From an uncultured virus (IMG/VR IMGVR_UViG_3300010885_019006) (Duplodnaviria; Heunggongvirae; Uroviricota; Caudoviricetes): a DNA stretch of 20,000 nucleotides. The DNA is taken from the IMG/VR virus record IMGVR_UViG_3300010885_019006, positions 54,356-74,355 of that record. One strand, 5' to 3'. The translations under genes and the position numbers were made by a program. Below, one piece after another: positions 14,147 through 20,000 of the stretch. The notes under the pieces are model-generated. The model searched no databases, was not told the origin of the DNA, and saw nothing but the letters and a program-made list of their open reading frames with translations. Every line of letters begins with the position of its first letter. Within the stretch, counting starts at the first letter, position 1.

Positions 14147-14223
14147 TGGGGTGAACAACGAGGTTCGAACTCGTTCCTCAGGCTTCACAGGCCCGTATGA
14201 CTTCCGACTACACCATGTCCACC
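14147..14223 (-). tRNA. tRNA-His(GUG), canonical G-1:C73
   Basis: G-GTGGACA/TGTTCAC-C-CCA; CGGGC-CTGTGAA-GCCTG. Confidence 0.9.
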
Positions 14224-14284
14224 ATAAACTGGTTGTAGACCTAACCGTGAGTCTACGCGTGCCTATTAAGTAGCAACCCTTAAC

Positions 14285-14361
14285 TGGTGGACCCGCTCGG
14301 ACTTGAACCGAGAACTTACCGCTTAAAAGGCGGTTACTCTGACCTATTGAGTTACGGGTCC
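14285..14361 (-). tRNA. tRNA-Lys(UUU), second copy
   Basis: ACCGC-CTTTTAA-GCGGT. Confidence 0.92.
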
Positions 14362-14416
14362 ATAAAGACTCTCAATATCGGCTGCAACCTTGACTTATGA
14401 TCAAGGATTTTATCAG

Positions 14417-14493
14417 TGGCTCCCTAGACAGGACTCGAACCTGTAACGTCCTGCTTAACAGGCAGGTGCCAGTACCCATCCGGCCCCTAGGGA
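14417..14493 (-). tRNA. tRNA-Asn(GUU)
   Basis: CCTGC-CTGTTAA-GCAGG; G73. Confidence 0.9.
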
Positions 14494-14508
14494 ATGATCT
14501 CTATAGTC

Positions 14509-14727
14509 TTATATATACTCATTTTTCTTAATAATGTCAATAATTGTTTTAGAAGAAACGATCTCACATAGAGCTTCAAGTTCCTTCTGGCGCCTCTTAG
14601 GTAGATCGTAATGATTCTTATGAAACCAGCACCTCTTTAACCCTAATTGCTTAGCCATCTCGTGGAGGTTCTCAATTGAATATGGAACACAAACAAGATG
14701 CCGTTTACCATCAGTAAAATATTTCAT
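14509..14727 (-). CDS. DUF4031-like small protein (72 aa)
   Basis: HL....S...LH.MA..LGLKR.WF...HYD pattern. Confidence 0.7.
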   Translation of the reverse strand: MKYFTDGKRHLVCVPYSIENLHEMAKQLGLKRCWFHKNHYDLPKRRQKELEALCEIVSSKTIIDIIKKNEYI

Positions 14728-14728
14728 C

Positions 14729-14859
14729 TTAAATCCAAGCACAGAAAAGGTGCCAGCCCTCTCTCTTGGTCTACGGATTCCACTGGCATGTCATCCGATC
14801 ATCAACTTATCCTGAACGGTCAACACAGATGAATCTGTGGCCGCAGGACTTGGATTTAA
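14729..14859 (-). ncRNA. Putative three-way-junction RNA abutting the start of the DUF4031-like gene
   Basis: Closing stem TTAAATCCAAG/CTTGGATTTAA; arms TCCTG/CAGGA, CGGCCA/TGACCG, ACAGAT/ATCTGT and TGCCAG/CTGGCA. Confidence 0.6.
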
Positions 14860-14900
14860 AAACTAATACTAGATCGTACAGTCGGATCGTTCTTAGTAAA

Positions 14901-14977
14901 TGGTACCGGCGGTGAGAATTGAACTCACCTAAAACCCACTTGTAAGGAGGGCGGATTCACCAGAAGCCTACGCCGGC
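14901..14977 (-). tRNA. tRNA-Val(UAC)
   Basis: Loop CTTACAA; GCCGGCG/CGCCGGT-A-CCA. Confidence 0.85.
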
Positions 14978-15123
14978 ATTAAAATTACTTTAAGTGAATG
15001 TACATTATAATGCATCAATCCACCAAAATCAAGTTCTACTTCAACTGTTGTATCATCTAAGATACTAATTACTGTACCTATGTGACCACCAGGAGTAATG
15101 ACTCGATTACCAATCTTTACCAT
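14968..15123 (-). CDS. Small beta-barrel (KOW/YajC-C-like) protein (51 aa)
   Basis: MVKIGNRVITPGGHIGTVISILDDTTVEVE; TGATG coupling; the stop lies inside the tRNA-Val 5' end. Confidence 0.55.
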   Translation of the reverse strand: MVKIGNRVITPGGHIGTVISILDDTTVEVELDFGGLMHYNVHSLKVILMPA

Positions 15124-15296
15124 CAGAAAAACTTCCAACCAGAGATGGGAGAGTAAGACCCAACAAACGAACCATCAAGTAGAATGGTACATTCAAAGCC
15201 GCTCTTTTCAGCAGCCTGCGCCGCTTCATGTGAGGCATGACCGGTATACACCGTAGTACCAAAGTTGGTCAAAATTGTCTGATAGATCTTAGGCAT
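15123..15296 (-). CDS. Hypothetical protein (57 aa, MPKIYQTIL...)
   Basis: GAGGA RBS; the ORF-track start is too far upstream. Confidence 0.7.
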   Translation of the reverse strand: MPKIYQTILTNFGTTVYTGHASHEAAQAAEKSGFECTILLDGSFVGSYSPISGWKFF

Positions 15297-15306
15297 TGAA
15301 ACATCC

Positions 15307-15510
15307 TCAACCAAAAGTGTTTTCCATCTTGGTAGCATAATGAATCGGTCGTTCATAGCGACCAGTTTCGTCGCGGAAGACACTAATCCACTTACCATTC
15401 GATGCAAATTGGACAGTCTGATCGTAGGAAATATTAAGACCCATGGGCCAAAAGTCAACCAAACCCTCAGCTTCAAGAGCATCATTGAGTGTGTTAAACC
15501 AAAATTGCAT
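15307..15510 (-). CDS. Early hypothetical protein (67 aa, MQFWFNTL...)
   Basis: Cassette ATG (cassette 15508-15564). Confidence 0.8.
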   Translation of the reverse strand: MQFWFNTLNDALEAEGLVDFWPMGLNISYDQTVQFASNGKWISVFRDETGRYERPIHYATKMENTFG

Positions 15511-15569
15511 GGTCAATCTCCATTCCTTATAGTTTAGTCTACCACGGTTGTGGTAAAATGTCAACCAAC

Positions 15570-15746
15570 TTATGCAACTTTTGCAAGCATCTTAGCTGCA
15601 CCGCGTTCTGCTGCAATTTGGGTAGCATAAGAGCGAGAAGGAAGACCGTGTAGGCAATCACCATCACGAGTCACGAGGACAAGAAAACCATCCGAGTTTG
15701 TACGGATGGTTGCAACATAACGGCCTTTTGAAATTGTCTTGATCAT
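15570..15746 (-). CDS. Hypothetical protein (58 aa, MIKTISKG...)
   Basis: ATG 1 nt after the previous stop. Confidence 0.7.
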   Translation of the reverse strand: MIKTISKGRYVATIRTNSDGFLVLVTRDGDCLHGLPSRSYATQIAAERGAAKMLAKVA

Positions 15747-15747
15747 G

Positions 15748-16074
15748 TCAAGCAGCCTTTCTCTCAGCTTTAAGATGAGCTTCCTCAAGTATCTGGCGCC
15801 AATAAATGGCAATCCTCATACCTTGTTTACCCTGTTGTCTCCAATATGCAATCTGCTTTGGAGAGAGATATCCATTCCGTTCATAAAACTTAGCCATGGA
15901 AGTACCACGTGCTGCATGACAAGGACGAAAGCCACGACCATTCCGATACTTAACATCTTCGGCTTGTTGTTCATCATATGTCTGACGATTCTTAAGAAGA
16001 ACCAACGCCCGAGCTACTGCTTTATCATTAGTCTTAAGAAGGTTTACAATGTCAGTTCCGGTAAGATTAATCAT
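15748..16074 (-). CDS. Early hypothetical phage protein (108 aa)
   Basis: Cassette ATG (cassette 16072-16127); RQTYDEQ..NGRGF motif. Confidence 0.85.
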   Translation of the reverse strand: MINLTGTDIVNLLKTNDKAVARALVLLKNRQTYDEQQAEDVKYRNGRGFRPCHAARGTSMAKFYERNGYLSPKQIAYWRQQGKQGMRIAIYWRQILEEAHLKAERKAA

Positions 16075-16150
16075 ATCAATCTCCATTCCTTATAGTTTAG
16101 TCTACCACGGTTGTGGAAAAATGTCAACTAAAAAGAATGGAGATTGCTTT

Positions 16151-16594
16151 TTAATGTAGATGTCTTACAGCATGGTCAGCACAATGTGTAGCTGCCCAAG
16201 AGTCTGGTTTGATCTTAGCTTCAAAGCCGAGCGAACCTCGAACCCAACCCAATGCTTCCTTAACAGCAACGTTTGATTTGTGTCGTGGATCAGGATTGAT
16301 ATCAATATGAAGTTCAAGATGGCGATCACCGATAACTTCAACAATTTCAGTAGCTGCATCAACTGCAAGCTGAACTTCAGTTAGAAGTCTCTGCTTTAGG
16401 TTGCCGTAGTCACGCATATCAATTGATTCGTGATAGATTTTGCAACCGTGTCTAGAATCCTTATGAACGATGATACAAGTCGAATACTTAGCCCACCACT
16501 CACCCTTCTTCTTATAGCGAATGGAATCACAACCCACGTATACTGAAGACTGTGGACTTGATTCTAGAATCGCCTTCTTTGCTTCATCAAACAT
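16151..16594 (-). CDS. RNase H-like YkuK (DUF458) family protein
   Basis: VYVGCDS, RLLTEV, ELHIDIN and KIKPDSWAA..CAD motifs. Confidence 0.85.
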   Translation of the reverse strand: MFDEAKKAILESSPQSSVYVGCDSIRYKKKGEWWAKYSTCIIVHKDSRHGCKIYHESIDMRDYGNLKQRLLTEVQLAVDAATEIVEVIGDRHLELHIDINPDPRHKSNVAVKEALGWVRGSLGFEAKIKPDSWAATHCADHAVRHLH

Positions 16595-16611
16595 GTTACT
16601 TTCCTTTAAAA

Positions 16612-16686
16612 TGGCATCGGTGGTCGGAATCGAACCGACTTCTCAAGGTTTTGGAGGCCCGCGGATTACCAGTTTCCCTCACCGAT
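16612..16686 (-). tRNA. tRNA-Trp(CCA) with a weak anticodon stem
   Basis: Loop CTCCAAA; ATCGGTG/CACCGAT-G-CCA. Confidence 0.8.
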
Positions 16687-16688
16687 AT

Positions 16689-16760
16689 AAGCTGGGGTAT
16701 TCTAGATTTTACAAGCAGAGCCCCGCGTTACTTGTCACCTGCATTATACCCAAGCAGCTT
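16689..16760 (-). ncRNA. Putative structured RNA
   Basis: Nested helices AAGCTG/CAGCTT, GGGTAT/ATACCC and ACAAGT/GCTTGT. Confidence 0.4.
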
Positions 16761-16806
16761 GGATGCTAGCTATCTATTGTCCGGTGAGCCGACATTTCGA
16801 TCTTGT

Positions 16807-17109
16807 TTAGTCATTAAAAACAATCAACTTTAAATCCATGCAATGTTCTGGATTTTCATAACAGTGAGCCGAGAAGTTAAACGAGACAAGATCATCATCT
16901 TCATCACGAGTAGGTCCAACCTCACAAAAGAGGATCTTCTTACCGGTCTTTTCAGAGACCAGATAGAAGCCAATATCACAAGCATCATCATAGATGCGCC
17001 TTGGCTCAAAGCCCCGAAGATCACTAGCCTCACATACAAAGGTCTTTGTAGCAGGATTATAAGTGAACTGCTTGGTGCTGAGCTCGGGGATAAATTTCAT
17101 CTTTGACAT
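16807..17109 (-). CDS. Early hypothetical protein (100 aa)
   Basis: Cassette ATG (cassette 17107-17162). Confidence 0.85.
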   Translation of the reverse strand: MSKMKFIPELSTKQFTYNPATKTFVCEASDLRGFEPRRIYDDACDIGFYLVSEKTGKKILFCEVGPTRDEDDDLVSFNFSAHCYENPEHCMDLKLIVFND

Positions 17110-17325
17110 GTTGATCTCCATTCCTTATAGTTTAGACTACCACGGTTCTGGAAAAATGTCAAACGATTTTTAAAAAAGATGTGAAGCTCCCATTCACTGC
17201 CCGTATCTTGCACCGGTCTTCAGTTACACTGCATAAGGGCCGTATCTAAGATACTGCATCCACCACTCCATTTTTACCGTTTGGAGAAACGTTCGAAGCG
17301 TTGCTCGGTTACTAGGCCATTAACT

Positions 17326-17518
17326 TTAAATGTCTCGTTCTACTCTTCTTCGCCATTTATCTTTAGTTTCTTCACTAAGTTCTGACCAAGATGGAAAGCG
17401 ATTTGAATGAATAATTGGATCATTATCTGTATAATTGGATCATTATCTGTATAATTGGATCATTATCTGTATAGTACGTATATAAGATTTTAGCTTGACG
17501 CTCAGATTCTTCATTCAT
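17326..17518 (-). pseudogene. Small gene frameshifted by a tandem-repeat expansion
   Basis: AAGGA RBS; a 50-aa ORF is restored if the repeat has one copy. Confidence 0.7.
17411..17473. repeat. Perfect tandem repeat, 20 bp x 3 plus ATA
   Basis: ATAATTGGATCATTATCTGT at 17411, 17431 and 17451. Confidence 0.98.
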
Positions 17519-17534
17519 AATATGATCCTTAAAC

Positions 17535-17610
17535 TGGAGCCGCTGACAGGGTTCGAACCTGCATCCTTCTCCTTCGTAGGGAGTTGCTCCTCCAGTTGAG
17601 CTTCAGCGGC
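17535..17610 (-). tRNA. tRNA-Arg(ACG)
   Basis: CTCC-CTACGAA-GGAG; CCA. Confidence 0.9.
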
Positions 17611-17624
17611 ATTAAACTTGATAA

Positions 17625-17718
17625 TGGTAGAGAACGCCGGTGCTGCCCCGGCCCGTGAACGCTAATCTGGCGCCTTAAGGGGATATAAGTCCCTCCCGCA
17701 CTGCTGGTGCTGCCCTCC
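17625..17718 (-). tRNA. Atypical tRNA-Ile(UAU) with a long variable arm
   Basis: Acceptor GGAGGGC/GTTCTCT-A-CCA; loop CTTATAT; T arm GCCGG-GGCAGCA-CCGGC. Confidence 0.65.
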
Positions 17719-18139
17719 GTAATAATGACTCTTTAATTTTTCTTTTATGTTCTTCTGTTTTAGGTTTACCTTTATTAGATAAGCCGCCTTTCTTAGAAGA
17801 ATTTTTATGTAACTCTTTGTAAATTTCTGACCCATATTTATTTATGGTTCTTTCATTTATAGAAGTGAGAGTCCCCGCCTCTTTTTGATCTTGTATATTA
17901 TCAAAAGGACTTCCCCAATATAAATGGTCTGAATTTGAGCACTTGGTGTTGTTACAAGCATGACAAACTGCAGCCATATACTTTTTTGTAGGAAAAAGTA
18001 CTTTAAATTTATGTGCCAACAGAACTCTTAATTCTGCATTATGTTTATGGCCAATTTCAATACAAGACTCATTAAGTTTCAGATGTGATCTTCTTTCTTC
18101 TCTAGTCTTAGAAAGATATTCTTCCATTGTGATATACAT
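17675..18139 (-). mobile_element. Free-standing HNH homing endonuclease
   Basis: VCHACNNTKCSNSDHLYWG...N (HNH) and KTEEHKRKI (NUMOD3-like); late promoter at 18171-18164; AGGAG RBS. Confidence 0.85.
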
Positions 18140-18175
18140 ATATACTCCTAAATTAGTTGTATATATTTATAAATC

Positions 18176-18207
18176 CTCACCGCTCTAACCAATTGAGATA
18201 CAGGACC
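18176..18207 (-). pseudogene. 5' fragment of a tRNA truncated at the HNH cassette
   Basis: GGTCCTG-TA-TCTCAATTGGTTAGAGC-GGTGAG, then AT-rich promoter sequence. Confidence 0.7.
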
Positions 18208-18213
18208 TAATTC

Positions 18214-18789
18214 TTAGTGATGGCCCAGCGCGACCTTGGTGTGCCATTCACCACCAATCTTTCGTTGATAGAAATGTTTCTTCAACTCTGGGTGGCGCTT
18301 AACTTCTGGATCATCATGTGGTGCCGGACGAATTTCATCATCTGGCAAATGTTTACGTACTTGATCATGAGTCAAAGCATGCTGTGTAAGATCACCATGA
18401 ACTTTCTTATGAAAAGAAAGTGACGGACCAGAGGTTTCAACAAAAGCACGTCTAGACGACAGATCATTCTTGACGATATGCTTTAGACCTTTCTTACCCT
18501 GACCAGTGTTATCAGTTGCAACGGCAACACGTTTTGTCTTACCATTCTTGACTTTATAAAGACCAACAGCTCTTACCTTGCCTTCATGATCTTTGTGAAG
18601 CTTCCAGATTGGAATATTCTTAACCATATCGTGATGGTCTTTAAAGCCGGAGCCGTGAATACCACCAATCGATTTATAAGCATGTTGAACCATATTGTAG
18701 ACATGTTCAGCATGTTTCTTTTTTTCTTCTTCATGTTCTGGATGAAGGATTGAAAAACCTTCAGCTAAAAAGTCTTTAAAGTTAATCAT
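18214..18789 (-). CDS. His-rich basic protein (191 aa), possible capsid-internal protein
   Basis: N-terminus MINFKDFLAE resembles the T4 capsid-targeting sequence; coupled to the esterase gene. Confidence 0.8.
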   Translation of the reverse strand: MINFKDFLAEGFSILHPEHEEEKKKHAEHVYNMVQHAYKSIGGIHGSGFKDHHDMVKNIPIWKLHKDHEGKVRAVGLYKVKNGKTKRVAVATDNTGQGKKGLKHIVKNDLSSRRAFVETSGPSLSFHKKVHGDLTQHALTHDQVRKHLPDDEIRPAPHDDPEVKRHPELKKHFYQRKIGGEWHTKVALGHH

Positions 18790-19334
18790 TGATTGTGCTC
18801 CGGGAAGTTGCCAATCATACTACGTACCATTTTAATAACCGGAGTCATATCATTAAGTCTATGACCTTCACCTTTTAGCATAATAGGATTTGAATAATGA
18901 GTCTTTACATGATCGAGTGGAACCACATCATCTTTATCACCAGCAAATGCAACCATGTGATGACGAGCATGATGTTTGATCCATTCTTGCATATCCGCAT
19001 ATTTATCATAATATGCTGAAGGCAAATTGTATTTCTTATAATTAGTGGCAGGTCGCAACGAAGGATTTACAAGAACAGTCTTGAAACCATAAACCGCACC
19101 GAGATAATCAGCCCAGAAACCACCAGCACTGGAACCGACAATAATCACATCGTCGTGCTTACCTAGTGTTTTTGCCAGCTTATCAAGTTGTGCCTTGATA
19201 GTATCTGGATCGGCAGAGTGGTCAAGCTGAGGGCAAAGGAACTTTTCACTAGGAAAGGCCTTTTTGACATCTTGAGCCGTGGTACCATTAGGACCACTAC
19301 CAAAACCATGGATATAAACAATTGTACTCTTCAT
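18786..19334 (-). CDS. YqiA/YcfP-like alpha/beta hydrolase (esterase)
   Basis: YIHGFGS, GSSAGG nucleophile elbow, DDVV and GHR. The start could be 19352. Confidence 0.88.
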   Translation of the reverse strand: MKSTIVYIHGFGSGPNGTTAQDVKKAFPSEKFLCPQLDHSADPDTIKAQLDKLAKTLGKHDDVIIVGSSAGGFWADYLGAVYGFKTVLVNPSLRPATNYKKYNLPSAYYDKYADMQEWIKHHARHHMVAFAGDKDDVVPLDHVKTHYSNPIMLKGEGHRLNDMTPVIKMVRSMIGNFPEHNQ

Positions 19335-19454
19335 AATTTTCTTATACCACATTGAGATATTAAGTAAACATATTTATATGGCTATCACCTCACGTATCGG
19401 CAATAAAGGTATGGAATTGCGACAGCGACTAGGCGCAGTGTATCCATATCAGAT

Positions 19455-19533
19455 TGGAAGCGCAGATGGGATTTGAACCCACGATTTTCTGCTTATGAGA
19501 CAGACGAGGACGGCCGGACTCCTCTACCGCGCA
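19455..19533 (-). tRNA. tRNA-Met(CAU), initiator-like
   Basis: U1xU72 mismatch; fMet-like D-arm; TCTGT-CTCATAA-GCAGA. Confidence 0.8.
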
Positions 19534-19560
19534 AAACGTAGAGACTTTCGTCTCAATCTT

Positions 19561-19634
19561 TGGAGCGGATAGCGGGAATCGAACCCGCGTCTTCAGCTTG
19601 GAAGGCTGTAATAATACCATTATACGATATCCGC
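19561..19634 (-). tRNA. tRNA-Gly(UCC)
   Basis: ACAGC-CTTCCAA-GCTGA; U73. Confidence 0.93.
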
Positions 19635-19643
19635 ATTAAAATT

Positions 19644-19726
19644 TGGTGGGCCCCTGTGGTTACGCTCCACTCCCCAAGAGATCGGTTTTACAGACCGACT
19701 GCCGAAACTACCGGCTTTAGGGACCC
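19644..19726 (-). tRNA. tRNA-Tyr(GUA), apparent 8/4 fold
   Basis: TCGGT-CTGTAAA-ACCGA; GGGTCCCT/AGGGGCCC; T arm GTGG-AGCGTAA-CCAC. Confidence 0.8.
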
Positions 19727-19733
19727 TTAAACT

Positions 19734-19809
19734 TGGTACCTGCAGCGAGACTCGAACTCGCACTGGATGCGTTCTAAGCGCATTGCCTCTGCCATTGGGC
19801 TACGCAGGC
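19734..19809 (-). tRNA. tRNA-Leu(UAG), short variable loop
   Basis: ATGCG-CTTAGAA-CGCAT. Confidence 0.88.
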
Positions 19810-19819
19810 ATATTTAACT

Positions 19820-19999
19820 TTACCATTCAATTGTGTATCCTTCAGAACTAGGATATTCAAAGCGACGAAGATACATGACCTCGTCAGCCATTGCATAACC
19901 ACTGTAGTTTTCATACAGATGAGCAACAATAAAGTCGCCGTTCTTATAGACATTGCAACCATAGTCAGGCCATTTGGGGCTGATGGGTTGATTGAAGGT
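19820..19999 (-). CDS. 3' part of a hypothetical protein running off the window
   Basis: Open frame ...TFNQPISPKWPDYG...EGYTIEW*. Confidence 0.6.
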   Translation of the reverse strand, partial: TFNQPISPKWPDYGCNVYKNGDFIVAHLYENYSGYAMADEVMYLRRFEYPSSEGYTIEW

Positions 20000-20000
20000 C

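Noticed and set aside
14375..14410. Hairpin CCTTGA-TCATAAG-TCAAGG as a tRNA remnant
   Set aside because: No acceptor or T arm, and the loop register is not canonical.
17411..17473. Possible CRISPR array
   Set aside because: The repeats are head-to-tail with no spacers.
17625..18207. HNH gene as a group I intron ORF splitting one tRNA
   Set aside because: The upstream acceptor strand GGTCCTG does not match the downstream 3' strand GTTCTCT, the downstream tRNA has its own 5' half, and there is no room for an intron core.
1..20000. Genome-wide TAG recoding implied by the suppressor tRNA
   Set aside because: Ligase, CCA enzyme, glycosyltransferase and other genes are full length in code 11, and TAG ends ORFs at 4089, 10741 and 14968. 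Structural genes outside the window cannot be assessed.

Overview
This window is a tRNA and translation-accessory island from a large T4-like (Tevenvirinae-style) bacteriophage. Essentially everything is on the minus strand. Phage evidence: TATAAATA late promoters, a repeated sigma70-type early promoter/RBS cassette, free-standing GIY-YIG and HNH homing endonucleases, and a capsid-targeting-like N-terminus. The host is probably an alphaproteobacterium, judging from a GapR homologue and a circularly permuted two-piece tmRNA with tag ASNDNDIVDYALAA. I read 30 apparently complete tRNA genes, 3 tRNA remnants, the tmRNA and several unexplained structured RNAs. Recognisable proteins are an ATP-dependent DNA ligase, a CCA-adding enzyme, Pth2 peptidyl-tRNA hydrolase, a cyclic-phosphate-processing receiver domain, a YkuK-like RNase H-fold protein, a GT25-methyltransferase fusion and a YqiA-like esterase. 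The best candidate for an undescribed system is an amber-suppressor tRNA(CUA) directly upstream of a leader ORF (MSTETM-UAG-PYDAVGPP...), whose post-amber codons base-pair with the Shine-Dalgarno of the next gene; this looks like a readthrough-gated translational switch. Also notable: a second leader/hairpin switch, a 95-bp tmRNA duplicate fused to an early promoter, a repeat of the tmRNA 3' module, two tRNA-His genes with different identity elements, and many non-canonical tRNA folds. All calls are by eye; no searches or folding programs were run.
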